In this document: in pieces, positions 12,715 to 26,110 of the stretch
Numbering within the stretch: the stretch's first letter is position 1
How the letters are laid out: each line of letters opens with the position of its first letter
Program-made: the position numbers and the translations under genes
The notes under the pieces: model-generated
Seen by the model: only the letters and a program-made list of their open reading frames with translations
The model's database searches: none
Told to the model about the DNA's origin: nothing
NCBI GenBank assembly: GCA_951406725.2
Contig: OX597815.1
Coordinates: forward strand, 141,112,001 to 141,176,000
Direction: 5' to 3'
Source: Octopus vulgaris
Taxonomy: Eukaryota
DNA: 64,000 nt

Positions 12715-12863
12715 ATCCAAACATGAAAACACAAAGAGAAAATACAACAACGGGAGGACGTGGAACATGTATAGTGTTATTGGACGCTCAGAAAAGAAGG
12801 AAAGAAGGAGCGTTTGACGTTTCGAACGGAGCACTTCATCAGAAACATAAGAAAAGGAAAGAT

Positions 12864-12866
<3 letters not shown>
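12710..12866 (-). mobile_element. Family-B solo pseudo-LTR-like repeat inside (TA)n
   Basis: Flanked by (TA)n on both sides; its end (gttaatccaaaca.gaaaacaca) recurs at about 16414-16437; carries a hammerhead motif. Confidence 0.75.
12811..12847 (-). ncRNA. Minimal type I hammerhead ribozyme
   Basis: Minus strand reads UGUUU-CUGAUGA-A-GUGCuccGUUC-GAAA-CG-UC/AAACG: stem I, canonical core, GUC cleavage triplet, palindromic loopless stem III (ACGU). Confidence 0.75.
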
Positions 12867-12924
<58 letters not shown>

Positions 12925-13816
12925 TACTTATCCAAACTTGTGCAGGAGAGATTCACTACGTTGTGATCAAGTAACCCTGTGTTACGTGCATCTATTAGGA
13001 ATTCGATAGTTACAGCCTAGTTTTATCTTTTAGAAACACCCCTGGATCACATGATTGATACCATGTCGCTAAATCATGCACAGATATTCTATGTATATAT
13101 AGGAATCCTAAAAGCTCAAACCTAGTATTTTCTGTATCTCGTTGCAGTCAATGACTTAAGGTTTTGTTTCACTTTAGGCTCCATTTTTTTCATTCTTTTC
13201 CCTAAGAAATTCTTGTTAACAACTGTGCAAGTTTCTCGTCGATTTTTCTGCAATGGTCGACATACTTTCAGCAAATCTCTTGCATTTAATGCTGATTTGC
13301 GTCACCTGTGAATTTACACACATTGATTACTTAGCCTTCAACATCGTCCTTGCTCGTACATCCACAAGAAGATTTTATTTGTGATTTTGCCTGTTTGTGA
13401 TCGTGGTATAATCGATAAATAATTGTTTTAATAGGGGCTGCAAACTGTCAACGTAATAAAAGTTTTTGAATTGATCACAACTTGTAACACTCTGCACGAG
13501 AAACATGAATGATGTGAAAACATCGGATTCTCGAACGTCTCCTGTTTGCCATGGTATCGAAAATGTTTTCGCAAAAACTCTTATAATAAATATATTATTA
13601 CGTCAGCATACATTCTGCACATTTGTGAGAATTTATAATTGTCCTGGATACCTTTAAGCGTTCATATGTTCTGGGCGCATATATATTTGCTACATATAAC
13701 CAGACTAGAAACAGATGCAGATTGCCTTGGTTTGCTTTCACAAATTACTTATTTGCACAGAAACACACCCACATATATCTCATGTCTGACATATATAAGC
13801 TTTTGCATAAGAAATG

Positions 13817-13914
<98 letters not shown>

Positions 13915-14016
13915 ATATAAACACATACATATATACATATACGCACATACATACATAATGCATATATATAAATATATACATTTAAATAAATATATACATA
14001 TACATACATGCATACG

Positions 14017-14049
<33 letters not shown>

Positions 14050-14782
14050 GTATATATATTACCTATATGTATACATACATACATATATATATATATATGT
14101 ATATGTACAGCACATAACATATAGTCGCAATTACATATTTGCAAATATATCACACGCACATATGATTTTTATATATTTAGATGTACAAATCTTGCAACTG
14201 ATGTTTATTTTTGACAGAAGTATTTACTTAGTTTATGTAATCCTAAATATATTGGATATTGACTTACTCAATTAAGCTTACGAAAATATTTTCAAGTGTT
14301 TTCCTAACTATCTCTGCATATATGCTATATGAAATCAATTTGAAAATATTTAGACAACCTCTTGGTGTTGCCCATGGTTATTTGCTAATGGCATACTTCC
14401 ATGCCATGTATTCGAAAAACAATTTTTTTCTTTGCATTTATTACACAAATAATATCTACTGGGAGTTATAAAATGTTTCGCATAAGTATTTCTTCTACTC
14501 TGTACGGAATTTCTTGATACAATTATTTTTGTTAATGATATTTTATCTATTTTAGATAGAATATCCAAATGTTGTGTTATGATAGCTTGTTCGCAGAATA
14601 ATTTCCATGTTATTTAACATTTTTCTAAACAAATAATATATACGTAAACCTGCAATTTAGGTAGAGTAAACCTTCAAAAGTTATATGATTTACACTTGTA
14701 TATCTTCATATTTCTCGAAGGGAAAAAGAACGGTTTACGCAGAACCGCCTATCAAATCGGCTGGTAGAAATGGTACATATAT

Positions 14783-14991
<209 letters not shown>

Positions 14992-16091
14992 TTGGATATG
15001 GCTCGTAGAACCATATACACTGTAACATGTACGATCGCACACACGTGTATAGACACATATACACATCTAATGTTGATTTCAACAGAAACGATGAACAATA
15101 CCATCATAAGGCGTCGGCACAGATGGCAGTTGTCCAGGGGTCTCACGTGTCTCGGGTACCCAATTCTGATCTATATATGACGTAGCATGATGTCAATAAA
15201 CAAATAAATTCTATAGGATACAATATACCGATTTCCTCCGGGGGCGTACTGTGCTACCGTGTCGTCTCTGACGGAGAATAATACACTCTGATGCATTCAG
15301 TGTCGCCAACAACGTCTTTTTAGGTGGGAGATCACAGCTGAGAGTCCAATCGACTCTTTCCAGTTTGCATGTGTGTCAAATTCTTATGAATGTTCTAAGC
15401 GTAAGTGCAACATTATTGGTAAAAAATGTAGCAATGTCTTTATTTTTTATATAATTAGAGGGAAGGACTAGGGAAAAACGTGAAATAAATCTTAGAATTA
15501 ACGAAATATGTATGGCACACCCGTCATAGTGTGCAATAATACAAAGAACAACACATTGTTCAGTTTTTATTATTCGACACAAGTACAAGTGTTCGTATTC
15601 GACATATATGCTTCTATCTATCATGGTACCTGTTTTATAATTGCTTCTTCAGAGGGAGGTGGCCTTGATATCACTCAATGTATAGGGTCTTCATAGGAAT
15701 CCCAAGAATCAGCTTCAAGCAAACTTTGTATTTTTGAGTACAAAAGCAACATCCAGCAATTTATAAAAAATTTAATTATGAAGAGCTGCATGCAGCTGTT
15801 CAAACTTTCGGTCACGAATACAAGAAAAATCAGGAAACTAGAAAATGAGAGGCATATATATTTGATCAGATAAATTCATGTCATTTGTCTAACTATTCAT
15901 AAAGACAAACGAAAGCTATTGACTTTTCCATCTGTATCGCACGATATTGTTTCTTATCACTAAGCTATACATCAGAAATGCATGGAAAACACACACACAC
16001 ACACACACACATACATACATATATATATATATATATGTATACGTATGTATATGCATATATATATGCTTATGAGTATATATGTATGCATATA

Positions 16092-16137
<46 letters not shown>

Positions 16138-16147
16138 AATACATAAA

Positions 16148-16318
16148 GGGAAAGTTTACGAAAATAAACAAAAGACGAAGGCAGGTGGTGTACAAACAAA
16201 CAGATGTATTAGTATAGCGTTCAGGAATAGAAAAAGTCTTATACGTTTCGAGCCTACGCTCTTCTATAGAAAGATACACAGAAAAAAACAAGGAGAGAGA
16301 CAAGGAGAGAAAAAAGAA
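16148..16318 (-). mobile_element. Family-A pseudo-LTR, antisense copy
   Basis: Reverse complement of 3490-3660; hammerhead-like motif at 16238-16273. Confidence 0.75.
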
Positions 16319-16424
16319 GAGATGTGTGTATGTATATATGTATGTATATGTGCATATATATGCTTATGAGCATATATATGCATATATTGGTGTGTATATA
16401 TATATATATATAAAGTTAATCCAA

Positions 16425-16657
16425 ACAAGAAAACACAAAAAAAACGAGAAAAAAAAGAAAAAAAAAGAGAAAAAAAGAGAGAAAAAAAGAGAAAAAAAAG
16501 AGAAAAAAAAAGGAGAAAAAAGAGAAAAAAAAGAGAAAAAAGAGAAAAAAAGAGGAAAATAGACAAAAAAAAGAGAAGAAAAGGAAAAAGAGAAAAAAAG
16601 AGAAAAGAAAAGAGAAAAAAAAGAAAAAAAGAGAAAAAAAGAGAAAAAAAAGAGAGA
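16425..16657. repeat. Polypurine (A/G) low-complexity tract
   Basis: Almost exclusively A and G in irregular A5-9GAG units. Confidence 0.9.
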
Positions 16658-17530
16658 CTTGTTCTATTTATATTCCTGAGCGCCATACTAATACAATTGT
16701 TTGTTTGTATTCCACCTGCCTTCGTCTTTTGTTTATTTTCATAAAGCTTCCCATTATACATATATAGGCATACATATACGTGTGTGGGGAAGATGGGTAG
16801 AAAACAAAGCTTATAACAAACGGAATTCGTATAAAAGACATGAACCATCCTATCACCTACATGGAAATCAGAACGCCGAGATCAGAAAACGAAGACGTCG
16901 TAACACAGTTCCGTTTTTAGGGAGAAAATACCAAAACCACGCACCGGACACGATAATACACAAAATGTAATTAAACACACACAAGATATAGACCCGACGA
17001 TCATAAATTTGTCAAATAGGAACCTCAACAAGCATGAGATGAAACTCCTATTAAAATGTTTCGAATTTACTCCGACACCCACCCCTAATCTCATTGAATT
17101 AAAATTTGATATTGAACACTTCAGCCGTCACCTCCGCCTTATAGAATTCTTAAACAATAAAGATTTAAATGATGAATCAATAGTCAGAAATGAATCCCAA
17201 TTCACCCCCTACAAGGGAAAGGACAAATATTTAGACGCGTATATAGACTTGACTTCGAAATTTCCCCTAAATACCCACGGATGCAATCAAAACCTTCGTG
17301 AAAAAGAAAAGGAAGCCTTACAAACATTGAAGAATGACAACTTAATCCTCCTAAAAGTAGCCGATAAGGGAGGGGCAATAGTAATCATGGACAAGGACTA
17401 TTATAAAAATAGAATATTGGAAATGTTAACAAACCAAACCTACTACAAGGAAGAACCAAGACACCCAGAAAAAAACTATATTGAATAAAATCAGAAGACT
17501 AATCAATGAGTTGCAAGAATCCTTCAGAGA
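16656..17530 (+). mobile_element. Penelope-like element 5' part (partial pLTR plus N-terminal ORF), truncated
   Basis: IINLSNRNLNKHEMKLLLKCFEFTPTP...NLREKEKEALQTLKNDNLILLKVADKGGAIVIMDKDYY has the NLS/F.PTP and DKG motifs of the PLE RT N-terminus. Confidence 0.88.
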
Positions 17531-17716
17531 CAAGGAGAAAGTACGTGGAACAAAGAGGGGCTGCAATAAGTTTGGAGCACTTGCAGAAAACAGCACTCCT
17601 TGGTACCTCTCGAATACTCCGGAAGGTGCTCGATATATAAGAGGTGCTATCTTAATTCAGTGGTAGTGAACAGCTGACACTATAGTACATCTCCGGCGTT
17701 AGAAGCTGTGAAAAGC

Positions 17717-17783
<67 letters not shown>
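17530..17783 (+). mobile_element. R4/Dong-type RLE element 3' fragment with (TAA)n
   Basis: YVEQRGAAISLEHLQKTALLGTSRILRKVLD resembles the C-terminus IQKIVLTSTAHILRKTL of the 44-kb element; short UTR then (TAA)n at 17719-17783. Confidence 0.75.
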
Positions 17784-17785
<2 letters not shown>

Positions 17786-18668
17786 CCAGCAGGACAACTG
17801 AAAAAAACAACTGTAGAAAATTGAACGATCTACTGTTTTCTGTGAGTAATTTCAATTTCCCTCAAAATAAGTTAAGGAACTTACATATCTACAGCTCATA
17901 CAAACGTACACCTAACAAGAAAAATTAGAAACATAAATATCTCCAATTTTGTGTGAACATTTAGTAGTCTCTCATGACTATAAGAATGTGTAAAATTGCC
18001 TTTTAAATTGCCTTTTATTGTAACAACACAATTAAATGCACGATAAAAAATTATGGAAGTAAGCACCTGCTAATATATACATACAACTGAATTCAGAAAT
18101 TAAAAAAATATATACATAACATTGAATTCAGAAATTTTAAAAAATCATCCACGTTAACATCAGATAATATGTGTGTGTGAGTATACATATACATATACAT
18201 ATGTATGTGGAAAGGAAGAAAAGGGAAAGAAAAAAATAAATGTAAACAAGTTTGACCTTTTACTGACCATTAATGTCTCCACCATCTGCTGAATCTATTT
18301 ATAGACCCATAGAACATGACCTCTTTAACCAACCATTCCCCCACACAATGGCAGCAGTGGTGATGATGGTGGCTGTGACTACACATAAAACAATATCATT
18401 GATGATGATGATGGTGATGGTGATGTTGATGATGATGATAATGTTGATGGTGGTGATGGTGATAGTAATAACAATAATAACTGACAGATCCCTTTTTTTT
18501 CTTTTCTTTCTCCGTATTTTATTCTCATTATTTCGAACTAATACAGGCAGAGTGAGCCTTTTATGAGTTTAAAAGAGGAAGGGAAAAGAAGGAAGGAAAA
18601 AGAGGAAGAAGGAGATAGGGAGAAAGAGAGAGGAAAAAAGGAAGAGAAGTTTTGTCTCAACTTAGTTG

Positions 18669-21600
18669 GTTAGTTAATTTTTTGGCTCAAAATGCAAAAA
18701 GCAAGGCCATGTAGGGGGACATGGAGTTATGTACAGGGTGGTGTTCATGTAAAGAGTTCAGGCCACTTGAGGTCAAGGGAGACTTTGAACGTCGGCATCT
18801 TCACTATCTCTTCTGGCAGCTTATTCCACGGATCCGCAACCCGGACGGAGAATGCCCCTCTCCTTCGATTGAGATGAAATCGTCGCAGATAGAGCTTTTC
18901 GGAATGACCCCGCAGCTGACGCTCTGGAGCAGGCGTGAAGGAACAGCTCTTTCGAGGAGGTTACACTTTCCGCTTATGATGTTGTGAGCAAGAATGAGAT
19001 CTCCACGGCGTCGTCGTTTTTCTAGAGAATAAAGGTCGAGCGTCTTCAGCCTTTCTTCATAAGACAAATTTTTGAGACCAAGAACCATGCGGGTAGCCAG
19101 CTTCTGGACTCTTTCGAGATGCTGTATGTCTTTGAGGAGATACGGAGAAGAGGCTTGAATCCCGTACTCCAATATGGGTCTCACCAGCGTGACATAGAGC
19201 GGTAGAAATATGGCTGCTGTGAGCATTCCGAATGACCGTCGAATCAAGAACAGAATTCCGCGTGCTTTGTTGGCAGCATGGACGTACTGGGCCGAAGGCG
19301 AAAAGGAGGAATTCAATGGGATACCCAGGTCCTTTAACTGATCGGTCCTCTCCAGCAGCAGACGACCCGGCTCAAAATCAAGTTGAGTTGCAGGAGTAGA
19401 GCCAACAGGCAGATGATAGCACTTTGACACATTCAGACACAGGTCCCATTCGTTAGATCATTTCCAAATTTGGTGGAGGCATCGACGAAGATCCTCTATA
19501 TCACCGCGAGGAGCGACCAGTTTGACATCGTCGGCAAATAGAAGGTCGTCGGGCAAGTCATTTATGAAGACTAAGAACAATAAGGGCCCAAGCACTGAAC
19601 CTTGAGGCACGCCACTGCTCGCACTGCAGAGTCGGACCGCGAACCATTAACTTGGACTTGGAAGGAGCGATCTGAGTGGAAGGCACCAACCCATCGTACG
19701 ATATCCGGATGGAAACTATATGCTTGAAGCTTGACAAGTAATAGGCGGTGGTTTACCGAGTCAAAAGCTTTGGCAAAGTCCAATAAAACGATGTCAACAG
19801 CATCACTATCATCATGGATACGCGTCACCAATTCTTCCATTACTAGTAAATTGGTCAAGCATGATCTCTTCGGCACGAAGCCGTGTTGGGAATCAGAGAT
19901 AGAGGCTGTGTTTTGGAGGTGGAGCATCATACTTTTCTTAAGGATGGTTTCGAACATCTTGCTGATTATTGATGTAAGGGAAATCGGTCGGTTGTTAAGC
20001 GGGTCTTCGCGGCTCCCTTTCTTGAAAATTGGGCAGATTATCGCTGTTCTCCAGTCCGCAGGTATAACACCCGTCGCAAATGACATATTAAATAGACGTG
20101 TTAAGGGCTCGCAGATGACCGGAGCCAACGTTTTGATAACCCGTGGATGTATGCCGTCAGGGCCGTGACCCTTGTTGACATAGAGGCATTGAATAACGCG
20201 TTCGACTTCGTCCCGCGTGATGTCCAATCGAAGCATTGGAGGTACCGATCTATCAAATGGAGGGGGTTCACGACCATCATCTTGTTTGAAAATAGTTGAA
20301 AAAGGGTCCTCAATCGATACGCCTGTTGAGTCTACCAACGTTGCAATTTGGTTGTTGAAGCGAGAATTCCGTTGGACATGAGCAAAGAAGGTTTTTGGAT
20401 TGCTACTGGCGTTTGCCGCGATTTTGTATTCATATCTGAAGCGTTCTTCCTTTTCAATTTTCCCGGCTCGGTCTCGTTGAGTTTTGTACACCTCAAAAGC
20501 TGCAGTCGAATCCAGATTTTTGAATTCCGCCCAAGTAATATCTCTCAGTCGAAGTTCTCGTTTAACCTTCTTCGTCACACAGGGCTTGTGTTTCTTCTTC
20601 TTGTGAAGCCCAACGGGAACTGCCTGGTCAGTCAACCAGATTACATATGCTTTGAGGGATGACCATAGTTCGTCAACTGGGGACAAGGTCATCAGGGATC
20701 GCCAGTCCAGAAGCGCGGAAGCCTCGGTTAGAATTTCAAGATTAATTGCAGAGAAGACTCTACGTGGCAGCGAAGTAGTCGGGGGCGTAGAAAAAAGTTG
20801 TGTGCATGACGAACTTCAGGACCGCATGATCACTCTTGGCAAGAGGGACGCACACAGATACGTCTGACACTGATCTTGGATAGCGGGAGCATACCAGATC
20901 CAGCATAGATGGCTGCTGCCCAGACCGATGCCTTGTCGGATATTCAACATGTTGCGATAGAAAACAATCTTCAGTCACGTCAAGAAGGACCTGGCCGAAC
21001 CGGGAAGATGATGTACAAATTGATGCGGGTCAACCGATCGTGGGAGCGTTGAAGTCTCCTAATATCAAACAGTCATGAGAAGCTGAAACGAATCTTATCG
21101 CTTCGAGTAAATGAGCATCGTCCTGGGGGTCGGCAAGAGGCGGCCTGTAGACAGCTAACACGGGCAGGCAAAACCCGGATAGGCTCAGCTTGCAATAGAC
21201 GGCATCGAATTTTGTTGTAGGTTGAGCCTTAGTGGGTAGAATACCGCTGGACGGTTTGAGATCAGATTTAACATACACAGCAACACCTCCACCTCGCCTT
21301 TTTTGTCTGTCACATCTGAAGAGGGCGTAGCCCTGTAGGTGGATTTCCGAGTCCTTTACTGCTGGAGTCAGCTAAGTCTCAGTGATAGCTATCACATCAG
21401 GGGAATCACGCATGGCCAGTGTAAATAGTTTGCTGAACTTTGGAAATAAGGAGCACGAGTTGGTATAGACGATGTTGAGCTGTGAAGTTTGAGGGGCGGG
21501 AATTGCAGAACAAGCAGAATGAGGGGTATCAGAGATAGCATCGTTGACGGGGGTATCTACTTTACTTCGATTCGCCCTCAATTCACTTTCCCTGTCAGCA

Positions 21601-22698
21601 CTACAGCATGCGACCAGAGGTAGGACTTGATTATTTGTCCATCTTGGATGCGTAAACCCTTCTCTCCCATCTGTTTTTCATCTTCAGTTCGGATATTAGG
21701 TTTCTCCGGCGAATTCTCTCTCTCAGTGAGTATTCCTCGCGAAAACCCAAATTGGGGTCCTCCCAGGCATGCATCTGAGCTCTGTTCAGAAAGGTTGAAG
21801 CCTCCTGATCGGAAGAAAAGATTACTCTTATTGGGCGTGGTCTAGTGTCTGAGGTTGAGTTCGCTTGGAATCTTCCTAGCCGAGCAACCTTATGGTTACT
21901 GATATTTTCGTTGACAGATAACAATTCTTCAACTAAAACGGAAACAAAATTTATGTCTTCTTTTAGGCGGTTTATGCCTGTATCACAGGTGGATTCAGCT
22001 TTACCATAAATGATTGCTGATGGTCTTTCTGTTCTCTACTATGAGCTGCGGCATTCGATTCTTCGTTGGATGATTTCGAAAGGGTGGTTTCATAGCCATC
22101 AGACTTATGTCGGCCTTTGGGGTCGATCAGAATGGGTTTAGTGGTCATAACTTTCCCGCCTGGTTTGGAACTGCAGTGCCTCTTCTTCCGTTTGGGGGAG
22201 CACCTCTCCCCAGATGAACTCACATCAAGATCGTTCAGAATTGGTTGAGCAATAGCATTAATGGGAAGAACAAGTGAGGGAGAATCCAAACAGATTTTAT
22301 TGTGAGCAGGTTTCGAAGCTAAATTTGCCCCACTTGAGTTTTGACTACGTTTCTTCTTTTTGGGAGAACAATGGTCTTCAGGTGGGTTTGGGTCTACGCT
22401 CCTCAAATTAGGTTGGGGAACCTCCGGGACCGAAAAGGCAGATGAGGAAGAATCCGCACAGGAACGATCATGTGCGGAAACGGCCGCCGGTTCCTTCGCC
22501 TTCTTTGGCCGCTTCGATTTTGTTCCCTTCGGTTTGGACATCTCCAGGGAAGAAATCAAGGGTGGCTCTGCGTCAATAGGAGACTGTTTATTCAGTAAAT
22601 AAGCAACAACAGACTTTAGGTGCTCGACCTCTTGTTTGAGCAACAGCAACTGCTCGTTGAGATGACCGTTGGTAGGACCATCATGCTGATGAGTAGCC
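18669..22698 (-). mobile_element. CR1-clade LINE, ~4 kb, 5'-truncated in ORF1, disabled
   Basis: ORF1 remnants 21631-22698; APE endonuclease (YTN, ITET*L, GGGVAVYV, VYRPP, GDFN, LDLV, SDH); RT ([28 protein letters not shown]); (AACT)-like tail; CTTAGTTG direct repeat at 18661-18668 and 22699-22706. Confidence 0.93.
18804..21581 (-). pseudogene. ORF2 APE endonuclease-reverse transcriptase of the CR1 element, fragmented
   Basis: ORF pieces 21372-21581, 21030-21278, 20760-20978, 19571-20692 and 18804-19430 are collinear parts of one pol protein split by stops and frameshifts. Confidence 0.9.
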
Positions 22699-23009
22699 CT
22701 TAGTTGCTTATATCTATCTGGAAATTTATCAATGCATTGTAATACAATCTGTTTACATATTTATCTTAATTTGTCCTTCAGCTCCCTTATCATTCTTCAA
22801 CTTTCCTGCGGTACCAATGTATATCGATGTTATTATCTAAAATATATTTCGAACTGCTGCAAATTAACTTCTGCTGTATTTATTTGATCACAACATTTCA
22901 AGGTACACTACAACTTGTCACCTTAGAGCAACTAAGCTTCTTGGTTGACTTTCCGATGCCTAACGGAGTCTTTTGAACGTAATGTCGATTTAACCACTCT
23001 TAAGAATTT

Positions 23010-23445
23010 ATGTATGTATATCTCTTCTATGTTTTGATTACTATGAATCTTCCACTGATGAAGCCGGTTTTCAACACAGATACAGTACTCAATATTCGGG
23101 ATGTAGTTAACATAGTTTAATTCACTTTTGGAATTGAGAAAAGTCTTACATATTTTTACCTTTCCACTCACAGATTGCACTTGAATATATGAATTAGCCG
23201 GTCGATTTCTCTTTTTGAAAATCCCAGTTTATCAAGTTTCTTCTTTAAGCGTTTACCAACAAAAGCTAGTGCTCAAATTACTATTGGTATGAGTATGAAT
23301 TTATAGTCTGGATATAGAAGCTGGAAGTTTCGAAGCAATTGTCCGTAGATGTCATCTATTTCTTTGATTTTCAAAGAGATATCTATATCTGCAGAGCAGC
23401 TGAACTCTATGACGACACATAACTTTGCCCGCTGCTTTAAACATG
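23010..23445 (-). mobile_element. 3' end of RLE-type non-LTR retrotransposon (second family)
   Basis: CVVIEFSCSADIDISLKIKEIDDIYGQLLRNFQLLYPDYKFILIPIVI...QSVSGKVKICKTFLN; CATA repeats on both sides on its sense strand. Confidence 0.8.
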
Positions 23446-23544
23446 GTATGTTTATATGTATGCATATATGTATGTATGTATTTATGTATGTATGCATGCA
23501 TGCATATATGCATGTATGTATGTATGTACGCATGTATGTATGCA

Positions 23545-23612
<68 letters not shown>

Positions 23613-24649
23613 GAGAGAGAGAGAGAGAGAGAGGTACAGAAAGAGAAAGAGCGCATTAAGTTACGTCCCCCGTGGGTCATGGTTATTGTACTTAAAATCC
23701 ATCGAACCAGTAAGCTGTGAGTATTTGCATCGATATCACAGCATAATATTCTATTTATTTTTTTAAGCCCCGAGAGTCTTCCAATTAGAGGAAATCAATA
23801 CGAATGGGATTTTATTGATTTCTAAATTCTTATTAAACATAATTACTATCCTCTCCATATATTAGAAGTCTCTGCAACAAATCGCTATTAGTATCCTAGC
23901 ATTCAGTTGAATTTCGCTTCAAAACTATACAAAATCTCGTTAGTTGGTTATTTTCGTCATAAATTGCTTTTGAGTTTTTCCTTGATTATCGAAGAATTTT
24001 TTTAATTGAGCACGAATTTTGCGAATCTTTTTACTGTTTTTTACAAAACTAAACTTGGATGACGTATGATAGCATCCCATTTGGTAGAATAAACGGTGGA
24101 TGTTGGTGATATACCGGGTTATCAATTATTTAGTTGCGAGGCGTAGACAGAATGCTATAAGTAACATACACTCGTAACGGAGTTCAGCATGTATGATTAA
24201 GATAACGATATTTCACTAACATCACAGTTATAAGACAGTTCAAATAGGATAAGAAAATGTTGTTTTGATAACAAGATGAAGATATCTGTGGAAGTGAAAT
24301 TAAGAAGTCATGTTTATCTTAAGAATGTTATTTCGTTTCTTCATACTAGGTTGACTGTATTCTCTCATTGACAAAGGCTTGACTATAATTTCATAAGTTG
24401 TATGCAGATAAATCTTTAGCTAATTAATTTTCCATGAAAGTTCGTACTGATAAATATCAAGAGAAGAACTGGATTCAACACCATTCACTCATTTACAGAA
24501 AATCTAAATATATAAAATGAATTTATCACAACATAATAGTAATAGGAAAAATTGTAATATTTAGCATAAAGAAGAATAGCCTTTTTTTAAAGAAGTCTGT
24601 CGCTAGAATGACGACAGGAAACACTTTCTTAACTAGTTCCTCAAAACCA

Positions 24650-26110
24650 TCTCTAAAAAGATTGAGAAAAGTTCACTGACTGCATAATAGCGTCGGACAT
24701 CCAATGCTTCGGACTTACCGCAGCTGATATACATCAACATTTGCCCATCATATTGGACATCTACCTCTCTTTCCATTTACAAACAGACATTTACAAACTG
24801 ACAACGGGTCTTTCGGGTCTACTAGCCATCACTTATATCAACCATCTGGAACGTCGAGCACTCGATATCTGCCGCTTATGCACCTCCTTCACCAGGTACG
24901 TAGATGACATTCTCATACTCACATCCTCCTATGAAGAGGCCGACAGAATATTCACGTCGTTCAATAACATGTACGCGATTATAAAGTTCACTACAGAACA
25001 TCCCGACATCATTGGATCACTATCACTACTTGACTTTAAACTGAATATAACGGAAGACGAGGAGATTCACACCGAGTTCTTCAGGAAAGCATCCAGTAGA
25101 GATATGTTTGTCCAATACAATTCAGCGCTTCCACTCGGTGCCAAAATAGGATACGCCAGAAATGAACTTGCACGCATCCAGGGTAAGTGCAGCAGAACGG
25201 AGGACAAGGTGACCCACGCTACACACTTCGTAGATATATTTAAAACCAACGGGTACCTTAGATCCATTATAAATTGGCTTCAGTACTCAAGACGACAACA
25301 CGTCGAACACAGAAAACCCAGCAACACATGCTTCCTTAAAATACACCATTTTCGCGAGAGGATAACTACAGCCATCCGAAGAGCCATAAGAAGAGAAGGG
25401 TTGGACATACAACTAGCCCATTACGGCTCTCCTCTGAGAAGCCATCTCGCAAAGAAACGAACGAAGGACATCAATCAATGCACACCAACAAACTGTCCCA
25501 TCCGTGACACAGATTTATGCCAACGGGTAAATGTTTTGTATAGAATACAATGTAACAAATACAACAAGTTCTATGTGGGTAGCACAACAAGACCGTTACA
25601 CGTCCGCATCAAAGAATATCTGAACACGATATCCTCTTCTTTCAGAAAACATCTAGACAAATCCCGGAACACGGACAAAAGCATAGCAGTCACAAGTGAG
25701 GCCACTGAAAAAAATTTGGGTAATTTAAGAATTAAGGAAGCTATACTCATACACAGACTAGGGCCCCAAACTAACAACAGGCAAGAGGTTGGTAATCTGG
25801 AGGGGTAGGTTCATTATTGATAACATGCTCATGTATTATTTATAACAAAAAAAAGAGCAGAAAAAAGAAGAGAAAAAGGAAGCTGCAAGTATAATACATA
25901 ACTAAGAAGCAGCGCTACAGATGTGCCAGCACACACAAGATTGAGATATGGCCGACCTCACGCACTTCTCATGAGGAATTCCGAAAGGATCTTCATGACA
26001 CCTCTGCTGAGACGCTTCAGGAAAAAAGAAAAGCCGTTAGAGAACAGATTATATCGTCGAGTCCATCAATTCCTAGGGATATCTGAGGAAGGAATTTTAT
26101 TACGAAATAT
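24650..26110 (+). mobile_element. Penelope-like element, RT C-terminal half plus GIY-YIG and 3' region
   Basis: Contains ORF 24741-25808; hammerhead-like motif in the downstream untranslated region at 25968-25994. Confidence 0.9.
24741..25808 (+). pseudogene. PLE reverse transcriptase-GIY-YIG endonuclease, 5'-truncated
   Basis: RYVDDILI catalytic motif, IKFTTEH..LSLLD, FFRK thumb, Cys linker (CTPTNCPI..LC), VLYRIQC..FYVGSTTRPLHVRIKE..KEAILI GIY-YIG; the GxxMG motif appears deleted. Confidence 0.88.

Noticed and set aside
13639-14275. Many ORFs of 60-200 aa with [12 protein letters not shown], poly-I/Y/L/N runs here and across the window
   Set aside because: Stop-free translations of microsatellites, not genes.
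16264-16848. 194-aa hydrophobic F/L/S ORF resembling a membrane protein
   Set aside because: Reverse-strand reading of the polypurine tract and pLTR.
22686-22730. CTGATGA...GAAA on the + strand at the CR1 junction
   Set aside because: Spans the element boundary and has no stem I or III pairing.
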